A DNA stretch of 24,000 nucleotides, taken from positions 1 through 24,000 of the forward strand of contig JASLRT010000071.1 in NCBI GenBank assembly GCA_030743815.1, read 5' to 3'. Numbering within the stretch: position 1 is the stretch's first letter; every line of letters starts with the position of its first letter. The notes under the pieces were generated by a model that was not told the DNA's origin, ran no database searches, and saw nothing but the letters and a program-made list of their open reading frames with translations. The stretch comes from Fidelibacterota bacterium (GTDB lineage Bacteria; Fidelibacterota; Marinisomatia; Marinisomatales; S15-B10). The position numbers and the translations under genes are program-made. Positions 9,702 to 19,427 of the stretch are shown in pieces.

Positions 9702-10579
9702 TCCGTCACCTGTATGGAGATCACCCTGTCATTTCCATTGTAGTCTTGGTGAGTGGTGGTGGCGACGAAGCCGGCATTCTCAAACAAGTGACGCACTTTT
9801 CCCGGATGTTCTCCACGGCCTGTTTCGAGTACCATGAAGCCTCCACTTGCAATCCAATGGCGCGCCGTAGCGCACAGGCGGCGGTAGAATGCCAACCCGT
9901 CGTAGCCATCGGTAAGAGCATGTATCGGTTCGTAATCTCTGACATCTGCGGGCAGGTGAGCCATATCATCGATTGGAATATAAGGAGGATTCGATACCAG
10001 CAAGTCAAATGAATCGGGGAGATTTTGTGTAAGAACATCACTTTCTTCAAATATAATCCTATCGGCCACACCGTTGCGGAGAGCGTTCCTACTGGCAAGT
10101 TCTAGGGCGTCCTCACTACAATCGAGGGCAAGCAACTGCACCTCCGGTAGCGATTTAGCGATAGCGATAGCGATACAACCGCTGCCTGTTCCAGCATCAA
10201 CTATTGTTGCCGCCCGCGTTTTTCTGGCGTGATGGATGGCAACCTCTACCAATTTTTCAGTTTCGGGCCGGGGAATCATCACGTGCTGGTTCAACTGAAT
10301 GGGAAGTCCGAAGAATTCTGTCCGTTGTGTGATGTATTGTAGCGGTTCACCGTTAATGCGTCGTTCTACCCACGAGGAGAGAAGCAGTAGTTTTTTCTCT
10401 GTGAGGCGTTGATGGCGGTTCAGATAAAGGTGCGCGCGGGAGCAAGAGAACAAGTCCATCATCAGCCATTCAATTTCACTGTGGGGGCTGTGCGAGTTGT
10501 TTGCTGAAAGACGGTGTTCAGCAAGTTTCATGACCTTGAACAAAGTGTCTGGCAAGTCTGCCATGGGTTGTTCTTCCAC
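9698..10579 (-). CDS. prmC: Release-factor glutamine N5-methyltransferase
   Basis: 293 aa. It has the SAM-binding motif VDAGTGSGCIAIA and the catalytic NPPY (LLVSNPPYIP). It lies 7 nt downstream of prfA, the canonical prfA-prmC pairing. Confidence 0.93.
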   Translation of the reverse strand: MEEQPMADLPDTLFKVMKLAEHRLSANNSHSPHSEIEWLMMDLFSCSRAHLYLNRHQRLTEKKLLLLSSWVERRINGEPLQYITQRTEFFGLPIQLNQHVMIPRPETEKLVEVAIHHARKTRAATIVDAGTGSGCIAIAIAKSLPEVQLLALDCSEDALELASRNALRNGVADRIIFEESDVLTQNLPDSFDLLVSNPPYIPIDDMAHLPADVRDYEPIHALTDGYDGLAFYRRLCATARHWIASGGFMVLETGRGEHPGKVRHLFENAGFVATTTHQDYNGNDRVISIQVTE

Positions 10580-10586
10580 TGCTTTT

Positions 10587-11657
10587 TTATTCCACCGGTT
10601 CGGCTTTCAACTGCTCCAGCTGGTCTGCTATACGCAACTGCTCTATGAGCTCAAACAGATCTCCGTCCAGCACATTGTTCAGTTTGTACAGTGTAAGATC
10701 GATTCTATGATCTGACACACGACCTTGCGGAAAGTTGTAGGTACGAATCTTTGCACTGCGGTCGCCGGTGGAGACCATACTTTTGCGTGCTTCTGCCCGT
10801 TCCGCCCGCATTTTTTCGCCTTCCAGCGCCATGAGCCGGGAGCGGAGGACTTTCATTGCGGCACTTCTGTTTTTGTGCTGAGATTTTTCATCTTGACAGG
10901 TGACTACTAGTCCGGTTGGGTTGTGCGTGATGCGTACTGCAGACTCAGTTTTATTCACATGCTGCCCGCCGGCGCCCGAAGCGCGAAAGGTGTCGATGCG
11001 CAGATCTCCTGGATCTATGTTGACATCGATCTCGTCCGCTTCCGGCAGAACGGCAACTGTAGCGGCTGAAGTGTGAATCCGGCCGCTGGTTTCGGTTTCA
11101 GGGACACGCTGTACCCGGTGAACACCGCCCTCATATTTTAGTTCGCCGAACACGCTCTCTCCCTCCAGTGAGAATATGACTTCTTTGAAACCGCCACTGC
11201 CAATCTCATTGCTACTCAACACCTTAATCTTCCAAAGTTTCCTTTCGGCGTAACGGCTGTACATTCTAAAGAGATCAGCAGCGAAAAGTGCTGCTTCGTC
11301 GCCGCCGGTACCGGCCCGTATCTCCACAATAGTATTTTTGTCGTCGCGAGGATCTTTGGGTAGGAGTAGAAGTTTCAGTGATTCTTCGAGGCTTAAACGC
11401 TCTTCCTCGAGATCCGACAGCTCTTCGCGTACGATCGATTTCAAATCTTCATCATCGCCTTTCAGAATTGTTTTGTCCTCAGCTATCTGCTCCATCAGCT
11501 TGAGATATACACTGCCTTTTTCCACCACTGCTTTCAACTCGTGGCGCTGTTTTGCGATATCACTGTAACGGCCGGGATCCGATGCGATTTCCGGATCGGC
11601 GAGCATATCAGTCAGTGCCTCGTACTTTTCGACAACATCTCTTGTTTTATTTATCAT
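10587..11657 (-). CDS. prfA: Peptide chain release factor 1
   Basis: 356 aa. It has the GGQ motif ([21 protein letters not shown]) and a P-x-T tripeptide (VPETE), not the SPF tripeptide of RF2. No internal frameshift site is present. Confidence 0.97.
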   Translation of the reverse strand: MINKTRDVVEKYEALTDMLADPEIASDPGRYSDIAKQRHELKAVVEKGSVYLKLMEQIAEDKTILKGDDEDLKSIVREELSDLEEERLSLEESLKLLLLPKDPRDDKNTIVEIRAGTGGDEAALFAADLFRMYSRYAERKLWKIKVLSSNEIGSGGFKEVIFSLEGESVFGELKYEGGVHRVQRVPETETSGRIHTSAATVAVLPEADEIDVNIDPGDLRIDTFRASGAGGQHVNKTESAVRITHNPTGLVVTCQDEKSQHKNRSAAMKVLRSRLMALEGEKMRAERAEARKSMVSTGDRSAKIRTYNFPQGRVSDHRIDLTLYKLNNVLDGDLFELIEQLRIADQLEQLKAEPVE

Positions 11658-11671
11658 AGCAGTCTAGGCAG

Positions 11672-11717
11672 AAAAAAACGGCTTCCTCTAGGCGAATGGC
11701 AAAGAAAGGAAACCGTT
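11672..11717 (-). terminator. Intrinsic-terminator-like hairpin between rpmE and prfA
   Basis: On the minus-strand RNA, AACGGUUUCCU pairs with AGGAAGCCGUU. This is 11 bp including one G-U pair, with a 19-nt loop. A U7 run follows, two of whose U residues lie in the stem. The element sits 12 nt after the rpmE stop and ends 14 nt before the prfA ATG. Confidence 0.45.
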
Positions 11718-11729
11718 CTCTTACTGTTG

Positions 11730-11945
11730 TTACTGGTCTTCCTGAGCGTCCAGTTTATATTTCGTCCTGAATTTTTCTATCCGTCCGGCAGTATCCACCA
11801 GCTTCTGTTTCCCGGTAAAGAAAGGGTGGCACTCAGAACAGATTTCCACACGCATATCTCCCACTGTGCTTCGCACCTGAAACGTGTGGCCGCAAGCGCA
11901 TGTCACCGTCCCTAACATGTAATTGGGATGTATTTCTGTTTTCAT
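11730..11945 (-). CDS. rpmE: 50S ribosomal protein L31 (Cys-containing type A)
   Basis: 71 aa. MKTEIHPNY...CACGH...[22 protein letters not shown] is the L31 signature with four zinc-ligand cysteines. Confidence 0.95.
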   Translation of the reverse strand: MKTEIHPNYMLGTVTCACGHTFQVRSTVGDMRVEICSECHPFFTGKQKLVDTAGRIEKFRTKYKLDAQEDQ

Positions 11946-11954
11946 TACTAACCT

Positions 11955-13139
11955 CTATTCAAGTTGACTCAGCGTTTCTTCGATTCTACTGATTCCCTCA
12001 AGGAAGTTCTTCTCATCTGTGGCGTACGAAAGACGAATGTGTCCCTCACCGCCGAACCCGGCACCCGCTACTGTAACGGTTCTAGCCGAGTCCAAAATAT
12101 AATCACTCAAGTCGAAAGAAGTTTCGATTTTCTTACCTTGGGTGCTCTTACCCAGGTAGGGACTGATGTCTGGAAAAGCGTAGAATGCGCCACCCGGGAG
12201 AGCACACGTAACACTCTCGATTTCATTTAATCTATTGATCATAAGGTTACGGCGAGTGCGAAACTTCGCTCGCATCTCTTCTACTGACTCCTGGCTTCCA
12301 GAAAGTGCCTCCACGGCGGCCTTCTGTCCTATAGAGTTCGGGCACGAGGTGGCTTGCCCTTGAATTTTGCCCATCGCTTTGATGATATCAGGACTACCTG
12401 CCGCATAGCCGATGCGCCAGCCAGTCATAGCATACGTCTTGGAGAGACTCTGTATTGTGAGGATTGTGGCACCAGTTTGATTGAGTTTCTCGATGCTGGT
12501 GAAAAGTTCGTCGTAGACCAGTTTTTCGTAACATTCGTCGGAAATTACAGTCCATTTCTGATCAGTTGCGTAGTCCAGCAGTCGTGATATGGTTGGTTTG
12601 TCCCAGACAGCGCCCGTAGGATTAGATGGAGAATTGATAATCATCAATCTGACATTGGGCGTGATTTTCTTTTCAAGATCGTCAAAATCAGGAACGAAGT
12701 TTTGTTCAGAGAGCGTATCGACCACGATAGGGGTGCCGTCAGCAAGCCGTATGAATTCAGGGAAAGAGACCCAGTAAGGCGAAAAAATGACGGCCTCATC
12801 TCCGGGATTGAGCAGCGCCTGACACGCTGTACTGAGGGAGTGTTTAGCACCGTTTGAAACAATTATCTGATCAGGTGAACAGTCAATTTCGTTATCCCTC
12901 GCCAGCTTTTCGCAGATTGCCTGGCGGAGTTCCAGAAGGCCCATCCCCGGAGTGTATTTTGTGAAGCCTTCATCCATCGCTATCTTTGCTGCCAGCCGGA
13001 TGTTCTCTGGCGTGTTGAAATCGGGTTCGCCCACGCCCATATCGATGACATCGATCCCCTGATTGCGTAAAGCTGCGGCCTTAGCGGTCATTTCCAGCGT
13101 GAAGGAGGGTTGAATGCGGTGCACTCGATCAGAAATCAT
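11955..13139 (-). CDS. Pyridoxal-phosphate-dependent class-I aminotransferase (aspartate aminotransferase-like)
   Basis: 394 aa. It has GEPDF, NSPSNPTG and SLSKTYAMTGWRIGY (the PLP-binding Lys), typical of AspAT Ib-family enzymes. Confidence 0.92.
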   Translation of the reverse strand: MISDRVHRIQPSFTLEMTAKAAALRNQGIDVIDMGVGEPDFNTPENIRLAAKIAMDEGFTKYTPGMGLLELRQAICEKLARDNEIDCSPDQIIVSNGAKHSLSTACQALLNPGDEAVIFSPYWVSFPEFIRLADGTPIVVDTLSEQNFVPDFDDLEKKITPNVRLMIINSPSNPTGAVWDKPTISRLLDYATDQKWTVISDECYEKLVYDELFTSIEKLNQTGATILTIQSLSKTYAMTGWRIGYAAGSPDIIKAMGKIQGQATSCPNSIGQKAAVEALSGSQESVEEMRAKFRTRRNLMINRLNEIESVTCALPGGAFYAFPDISPYLGKSTQGKKIETSFDLSDYILDSARTVTVAGAGFGGEGHIRLSYATDEKNFLEGISRIEETLSQLE

Positions 13140-13163
13140 AGTAAAAGGATCTTTGGTTGCAGT

Positions 13164-14090
13164 CTAATGTGACCGTTTGTGGTATTTTGAGGTATTAAAA
13201 TTAGGATCCTCGGTCTCCTTGGTTTCCTTCCCGGACTTAACAGCCCTTTTACTCTTGGGAACGTCATCTGGCCTGGACTTAACAGCCCTTCTACTCTTGG
13301 GAACGTCATCGGGATCTATGGCGTCCTTTTCCCAGTTGGGTGGTAAATCTTCCACCGCCTGATTATTAGGAGTGTCTAACTTCAGTGCACTCTCATCAAA
13401 CTGGAAATCAGCTGGATTGAAGTGGCTGAAAAGGACTCCATATCCTTTAGTGATACCGTTACCGATACCGAGGAAGTTGGGGAGGACAAAGTTAGTTTTG
13501 AATTCACCCTCGAATGCGCCCATGTGACCATCGTCCACGAGTTTAGGGTATAAAGATTCAAGTGTAAGCTTGACATAAACTTTTATCTCGAGCTTCATTC
13601 CCATTTCCTTGGCAAGGAAGGCAATGTTCTGACTCAGGAGCCGGCTAAGGAATTTGGGCCGCTCATCTCCGTATGCGAACTTGTATTTGCCCAGGTTAAT
13701 CTCATTCAACGCAACCCAGGGAGTGAGGAATCTGTAACGAATCATTCTTGGCGATGGGACAAAGTGATCCTCTTCAACGTCCGCCTCAAATCCTTCAACC
13801 TCGAAGGTGATATTGCCAAAATTCATAGTTTTCAGCTTCTCCACCACAGAGAGAATAGGATCGACACCTTCCTTTATCCCAACCAGATATATCTGTTCAT
13901 TTAGAATCTTGACCTGTACCCGGGGATAGAGGAATTGTGAGCGATAACTGCCGTTGATGAAAGGAATTATCCCTTCATCCGGAAAATCGTTCATTATGAC
14001 TCCTTTCACTTGATAGGAAGTCTTCCGTACCGGTTTATCGGTTGCTATGCGAGCGACAATTGACTTGATTGGTTCTGAAACGATATACAT
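13164..14090 (-). CDS. Hypothetical protein with a RAMP/Cas6-like glycine-rich loop and a basic repeat-containing tail. Function unknown.
   Basis: 308 aa. Residues 208-218 read GIGNGITKGYG, which fits GhGxxxxxGhG and maps to DNA 13437-13469. This is followed by the strand VLF near the end of a core of about 230 aa. The segment RMIRYRFLTPWVAL lies mid-protein. The last 80 aa or so are K/R/D/P-rich with a 14-aa tandem repeat. The ATG at 14090 has no SD. An alternative ATG at 13994 (Met33) is preceded by AAAGGAG 5 nt upstream, so the true start is uncertain. Confidence 0.8.
   Translation of the reverse strand: MYIVSEPIKSIVARIATDKPVRKTSYQVKGVIMNDFPDEGIIPFINGSYRSQFLYPRVQVKILNEQIYLVGIKEGVDPILSVVEKLKTMNFGNITFEVEGFEADVEEDHFVPSPRMIRYRFLTPWVALNEINLGKYKFAYGDERPKFLSRLLSQNIAFLAKEMGMKLEIKVYVKLTLESLYPKLVDDGHMGAFEGEFKTNFVLPNFLGIGNGITKGYGVLFSHFNPADFQFDESALKLDTPNNQAVEDLPPNWEKDAIDPDDVPKSRRAVKSRPDDVPKSKRAVKSGKETKETEDPNFNTSKYHKRSH
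13233..13310. repeat. Two-copy tandem direct repeat with a 42-bp period, in frame within the 3' end of the 13164-14090 CDS
   Basis: GGACTTAACAGCCCTTTTACTCTTGGGAACGTCATC (13233-13268) recurs at 13275-13310 with one mismatch. It encodes PDDVPKSRRAVKS / PDDVPKSKRAVKS. Confidence 0.9.
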
Positions 14091-14119
14091 GAGAAAAAGA
14101 GAATTCTAAAGAAAAGAAG

Positions 14120-15367
14120 CTACTTACTCATAGTATCAAGGAACTCTTGGTTGGTAGAAGTTCGTTTCACTCGATCTAATAAAAACTCCATAGCTTCAAC
14201 AGGTGTCATCTCACTGAGAATTTTCCTTAACACCCAGACTCTTGCAAGTTCTTTTTTTGTCAGTAGCAATTCCTCTTTACGGGTGCCTGAACGGATAAGG
14301 TCAAAGGAAGGAAAGATCCGGCGATCACTGAGGCGTCTGTCGAGGACAAGTTCCATATTACCAGTCCCTTTGAACTCTTCAAAAATCACGTCATCCATAC
14401 GGCTACCTGTATCGATGAGGGCAGTAGCAATAATGGTCAGGCTGCCGCCTTCTTCAGTGTTTCTGGCAGATCCGAAGAATCGTCGCGGCCTTTGCAAAGC
14501 GTTCGCATCTACCCCCCCAGAGAGGATTTTGCCGCTGTGAGGAATTACCGCGTTATGAGCCCTGCCAAGTCTTGTAATGCTATCGAGGAGTATCATGACA
14601 TCATCGCCATACTCTACCATCCGCTTCGCCTTTTCAATGGCCATGTCAGCCACCTGAACGTGCCTTTCTGGAGGTTCATCAAATGTCGAACTTATCACCT
14701 CTGCCTTAACGCTTCTCTCCATGTCTGTAACTTCTTCTGGTCGTTCTGCGATCAGTAAGACGATCAGTTTCATTTCGGGATGGTTGGCAGTGGCGGCATT
14801 AGCTATTTTTTGAATAAGGACCGTTTTCCCAGTCTTAGGCTGTGCGACGATCAGACCTCGCTGACCTTTGCCGATGGGCGCCATAAGATCGAGAATCCGC
14901 ATAGAGAATCCTTTAGCCGCAACCTCAAGGTTGATCTTCTCATCAGGATAAAGCGGCGTGAGATTGTCGTAAAGAATGGCATCTTTTACCTTGTCAGGTC
15001 CGTTTCCATTAACTGTTTCAACCTTGAGCAGTGCGTAGAAGCGCTCGTTATCTTTGGGTGGCCGGATCTGACCTGCAATCTGGTGTCCTGTTCTTAGATT
15101 GAATCTTTTGATCTGTGAAGGAGAGACGTAAATATCGTCAGGTCCCGGAAGGTAATTATAGTCTTGTGAGCGGAGAAAACCGTAACCTTCTGGCATCGCT
15201 TCCAAGACGCCGGTCGCGAAGATACGCCCTTCTTTTTCGGCACGTGTCTCGAGGATCTTCAGGATGAGATCCTGCTTCTTCACACCTGAATAGCTGGGGA
15301 CTTCAAGCTTCTGAGCCAGCTCAGTCAGTTCCTTGATTTTCAAACCCTGTAGTTCGTTAATATCCAT
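14120..15367 (-). CDS. rho: Transcription termination factor Rho
   Basis: 415 aa. It has the N-terminal Rho_N segment ([15 protein letters not shown]), an RNA-binding domain ([14 protein letters not shown]), a Walker A motif ([15 protein letters not shown]) and the C-terminal [18 protein letters not shown]. There is no large N-terminal insertion. Confidence 0.97.
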   Translation of the reverse strand: MDINELQGLKIKELTELAQKLEVPSYSGVKKQDLILKILETRAEKEGRIFATGVLEAMPEGYGFLRSQDYNYLPGPDDIYVSPSQIKRFNLRTGHQIAGQIRPPKDNERFYALLKVETVNGNGPDKVKDAILYDNLTPLYPDEKINLEVAAKGFSMRILDLMAPIGKGQRGLIVAQPKTGKTVLIQKIANAATANHPEMKLIVLLIAERPEEVTDMERSVKAEVISSTFDEPPERHVQVADMAIEKAKRMVEYGDDVMILLDSITRLGRAHNAVIPHSGKILSGGVDANALQRPRRFFGSARNTEEGGSLTIIATALIDTGSRMDDVIFEEFKGTGNMELVLDRRLSDRRIFPSFDLIRSGTRKEELLLTKKELARVWVLRKILSEMTPVEAMEFLLDRVKRTSTNQEFLDTMSK

Positions 15368-15456
15368 TTCTTAATAATCCTAACCTGCTTCGCGGAGAAA
15401 TCTGTAATTCGGGGAATCAGAAATTAGACCAAAACTGTACTTGGAATAAATTTAGA

Positions 15457-16737
15457 CTAAATCTGACCATTGTCAAAGGGAAAACGGAAATAGTCAAAAA
15501 CATCCTTTGCAATGTAGTGAGTACCGAAGATCAGCCACAATTCGGGTCCTTCTGCGCCTTCTTTCATGAGGCTGAAAGCTGCTTGCGGTTTAGGGGCTGC
15601 GGCAGCTGCGACTGCTGAACCATTGAGCTTTCTTGTCAGTACATCAAGATCGAAGAACTCATCGTGATCAGGGACTGTAGCTATAACAGTGTGACAATAT
15701 TCTTTTAGGAGCCGCACGATTTCGTCAAGGTGCTTGCTTTTTTTGAGAGCGTAGACAGCTCCAATCTTCTTGCTGGGAAAAAGTTGCTGCAAGGTTTTAA
15801 ATACAGCGTCTAAGCCATGCGGATTATGAGCTACATCGTAAAAGATCAGTGGTCGGGTTGACATTTGCTGCAGTCGTGCCGGCCAGTGTACTTCACGCAA
15901 TCCCGCTGCAATAGCGGCCATCTCAATTGCCCGGTCAAAAATAAGGCTTGCGGCAATTGCTGTCTGCGCATTGGTTATCTGGTGTTGCCCGATTAAGGGG
16001 ATAACAAGATCTGTGCCGTTGTATAAAAATCTTGACCCTTTGCGCTCAGTATAGCAGCTCTCAAGAGGACAAATATCTGGAGCCTTATGTAGTTGTACTC
16101 CGGTATCTGTAGCGGATGATTCGATCACTTCGGTAACCTCAGCCAGTTGAGAGGAGGTTACTGCCGGTACGTTGGTTTTGAAGATGCCGCACTTTTCGCG
16201 TGCAATGGCAGAAAGATCGTGGCCGAGATATTCCATATGATCATAATGTATCGGCATAAGAACTGTCAGAACAGAGTGAGCCACATTGCTGGAGTCGAGT
16301 TGACCGCCGAGGCCGACTTCTATGACCGCAACATCTACCTCACTGTGGGCAAAATATGAGAAGGCGAGGGCGGTTGTTGTTTCGAAGAATGTTGATCCGA
16401 GAGTGTCGATATCAGTCGCGAAAGAGTTGAGGAATTTGACTACTGTTTCATCTGTGACAGGCGTTCCGTCGATGCGAATTCGTTCGTTATATCTGACCAG
16501 ATGGGGAGACGTGTAGAGCCCCACTTTTCTTCCGGATGACTTCAGGATCGATGCTATCATCGCTGCAGTGGAACCTTTACCGTTTGTGCCGGCGATATGA
16601 ATGACTGGGACGTCCCTGTGAGGATTGCCACACTTCGCCAGAAGTGCTTCAGTACGATGTAATCCAACCTTAATGCCTCTGCGTCTCAAGGTGTAGAGGC
16701 GGTTCAGTAAAGTGTCATCGACTGTCTGTTCGTCCAT
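15457..16737 (-). CDS. folC: Bifunctional folylpolyglutamate synthase / dihydrofolate synthase
   Basis: 426 aa. It has the Mur-ligase-type P-loop HIAGTNGKGST and the motifs TSPHLVRYNERI and DVAVIEVGLGG. Confidence 0.92.
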   Translation of the reverse strand: MDEQTVDDTLLNRLYTLRRRGIKVGLHRTEALLAKCGNPHRDVPVIHIAGTNGKGSTAAMIASILKSSGRKVGLYTSPHLVRYNERIRIDGTPVTDETVVKFLNSFATDIDTLGSTFFETTTALAFSYFAHSEVDVAVIEVGLGGQLDSSNVAHSVLTVLMPIHYDHMEYLGHDLSAIAREKCGIFKTNVPAVTSSQLAEVTEVIESSATDTGVQLHKAPDICPLESCYTERKGSRFLYNGTDLVIPLIGQHQITNAQTAIAASLIFDRAIEMAAIAAGLREVHWPARLQQMSTRPLIFYDVAHNPHGLDAVFKTLQQLFPSKKIGAVYALKKSKHLDEIVRLLKEYCHTVIATVPDHDEFFDLDVLTRKLNGSAVAAAAAPKPQAAFSLMKEGAEGPELWLIFGTHYIAKDVFDYFRFPFDNGQI

Positions 16738-16764
16738 TTTCAGTCTCGGCTTGGTGCGAAGAGC

Positions 16765-17568
16765 TTAATCCAACTGGAGCAGTGTCACCTCTCCGAGCGG
16801 TTCACCAAGGAACCGATGGGCCAACTCTTCAAATTTCTGCGGCATATCTGAGACAAAACATCTCAATTCATCCGCTTCTGCATCAGATGCAATATTCCCG
16901 TTCTTCAGCGTAGACGCAACTTCCGCCGCAACAGCCTGTGGAGAATCGATGAGAGTCACATTATCAGGGAGAAGCGACTGAATGGTTTTCTTGAGCAATG
17001 GATAGTGTGTACATCCGGGAATGAGGGTATCAACGTCGCTCGATTGAAAGGGAGTCAAATACTCTTCAGCGACCATTTCCGCGATTTTTCCTTTAGTCCA
17101 CCCTTCTTCAGCCAAGGGAACAAAGAGAGGGCATGCCGCTGATGTTATTCTGGTGTCATAGTCGAGTTCTCTAAGCATTCTGGTATAAGCACCGGAATTG
17201 ATGGTTGCTCTAGTGCCGATGACACCGATATGGTGAGATCGTGTAGCGGCGACTGCTGCTCTGGCTGCCGGCTCAATGACGCCTATCACAGGTATAGTAT
17301 TCTTCCGCCGCAACGATGTGAGAGCAACTGCCGATGCTGTGTTACAGGCGACCACTATCAGTTTTACATGTCTTCGGATCAGGAACTCAGCAATCTGGAG
17401 TGAGAAGCGTGTTACCGTTTCTTCACTCTTCGTTCCGTACGGAACTCGCGCCGTGTCGCCGAAATAGATTATGGATTCGGTAGGCAACGTCTGCTTGAGA
17501 GCGTGTACCACTGTGAGGCCTCCCAGACCAGAATCGAAAACGCCGACGGGAGAGTTCTTCTTCGGCAT
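16765..17568 (-). CDS. murI: Glutamate racemase
   Basis: 267 aa. It has VGVFDSGLGGLTV, VVACNTAS and GCTHYPLL, which contain the two catalytic Cys motifs. Confidence 0.95.
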   Translation of the reverse strand: MPKKNSPVGVFDSGLGGLTVVHALKQTLPTESIIYFGDTARVPYGTKSEETVTRFSLQIAEFLIRRHVKLIVVACNTASAVALTSLRRKNTIPVIGVIEPAARAAVAATRSHHIGVIGTRATINSGAYTRMLRELDYDTRITSAACPLFVPLAEEGWTKGKIAEMVAEEYLTPFQSSDVDTLIPGCTHYPLLKKTIQSLLPDNVTLIDSPQAVAAEVASTLKNGNIASDAEADELRCFVSDMPQKFEELAHRFLGEPLGEVTLLQLD

Positions 17569-17732
17569 CAGGTGAAGATAGACATTTTGTGAGGAGCAGG
17601 ATTAATGGTGACCAACAAGACGGCGGTACTCTGTGGATTGTGATGGGAGAATAACGAACTGGGGAATCGCTAAGTTACTCATCCAAGATCAACTGATCAT
17701 CCAACGTTCGTCATTTAGAATCAGCATCAGGT

Positions 17733-19235
17733 TCATCCTTCAGCTTCTTCGGTCAGGACCTTTTCGTACTTATCCTTAAATCGGCGGATGCCGCGATAGA
17801 TTGCTTGGGCGACACTTTGACGGTAGCCTGGCTTACGAAGCTGTTTTTCTTCCTGTGGATTCGACAGGTAGCCGACTTCAATCAAAACATTCGGCATGGA
17901 TGCGCCGATAAGGACAAAAAATCCAGCTTGCTTAACACCCCGGTCCGGTGAAGGAATACTTTTGCGAAGTTCACTCTGTATCATGGAACCTAAATCTTCA
18001 CTTTCTTTCATGAAGGCGTTTTGCATTAGAGAGGCGATAATAAAACTGTCTTCCGTAAGGTTGTCGTAACGGGTCACTTCTTCTTCCAGTTTAATAACGG
18101 CATTTTCCCGCTGGGCGACTTCGACAGCATCGTCTGTTTTACCCGGTCGAAGAATATATGTTTCAAATCCCTTTACTCTGCGATTGTTGTTGGCGTTGCC
18201 GTGAATACTGATGAACAGTTTACCGTTAGTTTCGTTGGCGACTTTCGTCCGTTTCCAGAGCGGAATAAATACATCTTCATCACGCGTGTAGATAACTTTC
18301 ACCCCTCCATGTTTTTCTAGAAGCCGCCCGACACGCTTGGCGATGTCAAGGGTGACGAATTTTTCTTTCAGACCATATTTACCAGTGGTACCGCCGTCTT
18401 TTCCGCCGTGTCCGGCATCGATGACAATGGTGTCAATATACCAGCTGTTGCGAAGCTTCTTAATTTTTTCGGCACTGTAGCTCAGGGGCGTTCGCAACGT
18501 AAGTACGATTTCGCTCGGATCACGGTTGTGGTATATCTCATAATTCTCTATGTCTGACCGCAAATGAAAGGCCAGCTGGGCGGATTTACCGACCTGATCT
18601 ACGTTGATTGCTTTCACGACACCGCCGAGCCTCGCCTGGCTGAGAGTTAGGGAGTCGGCCACGCCTCCGGCTAACGTCAGGTAGAACCACCTGTTCTTAG
18701 CCGACCACGCCTCGAGCGATTGCGTATCGAATTGACGTGTTGTCTCAATACGAACCACGGTCCCATTTGCTTTGTCCTCAATGTCGATTCCCGTGAGATT
18801 GAACGCCAGCAGTTCAATAATGATAACTCCTTTCACATCGTCATAAAGAATGCCCGGTGCGGCGCGGCGGTGCAGGATAGAGAGAAAAGGGCGCATGGGG
18901 AGATAGATATCCTGACCATCGAAGAGGGCGTGGGACGGCATCTGGTAGACTTGATCATCAATGACGACAAAACTGCTGTTGGCTGACACTTTTATTCTGT
19001 GACCGCCGAAATAGATGACGAGTTTACTTCTGGCTGCGTTCATGAAAACGCTGGCGGTGAGGACTTGCACAAAGTCGCTGGTGGAGATATAGACAGCGGG
19101 TCCGCTTGCAAAAGTTCGGATCACTTCCGTTCTGTCCGGCTCGTTGGGAAACTGGACAGAAACCTGCCCCGCCTGAAGGGGAGCACCGGTAAGCCACAGC
19201 CCGCTCATCAGTAGAAGTGAAATGCCTCGGATCAC
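17733..19235 (-). CDS. N-acetylmuramoyl-L-alanine amidase (Amidase_3 family) with a signal peptide and N-terminal AMIN-like/targeting domains
   Basis: 500 aa. The C-terminal catalytic domain has VIDAGHGGKDGGT...FISIHGNA...GFETYIL...GVKQAGFFVL...PNVLIEVGYLSN. It has a GTG start (19235-19233) with a signal-like N-terminus. An in-frame ATG 9 codons downstream is an alternative start. Confidence 0.92.
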   Translation of the reverse strand: MIRGISLLLMSGLWLTGAPLQAGQVSVQFPNEPDRTEVIRTFASGPAVYISTSDFVQVLTASVFMNAARSKLVIYFGGHRIKVSANSSFVVIDDQVYQMPSHALFDGQDIYLPMRPFLSILHRRAAPGILYDDVKGVIIIELLAFNLTGIDIEDKANGTVVRIETTRQFDTQSLEAWSAKNRWFYLTLAGGVADSLTLSQARLGGVVKAINVDQVGKSAQLAFHLRSDIENYEIYHNRDPSEIVLTLRTPLSYSAEKIKKLRNSWYIDTIVIDAGHGGKDGGTTGKYGLKEKFVTLDIAKRVGRLLEKHGGVKVIYTRDEDVFIPLWKRTKVANETNGKLFISIHGNANNNRRVKGFETYILRPGKTDDAVEVAQRENAVIKLEEEVTRYDNLTEDSFIIASLMQNAFMKESEDLGSMIQSELRKSIPSPDRGVKQAGFFVLIGASMPNVLIEVGYLSNPQEEKQLRKPGYRQSVAQAIYRGIRRFKDKYEKVLTEEAEG

Positions 19236-19427
19236 GGTGGGAATTTATTGAGAGGTCTCTTAGGGCGCAATACCGTTCTATCGGCGAGGCTCGTGAGATG
19301 AAAACGCTTCTTTAGCAATAAAGCAAGAATGTCAGAGAACGAATAGAGAACTGACGGAAACTCCGTATGTGTTCAACCAACTTGATCATTTCCTTGAGAG
19401 CATCGGTGATATAGGTGCGTCATAGAT

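Noticed and set aside
10158-10175. (GCGATA)x3 hexanucleotide microrepeat
   Set aside because: It lies in frame within prmC and encodes the IAIAIA of the SAM-binding region (GCIAIAIAK). It is a trivial consequence of the peptide sequence.
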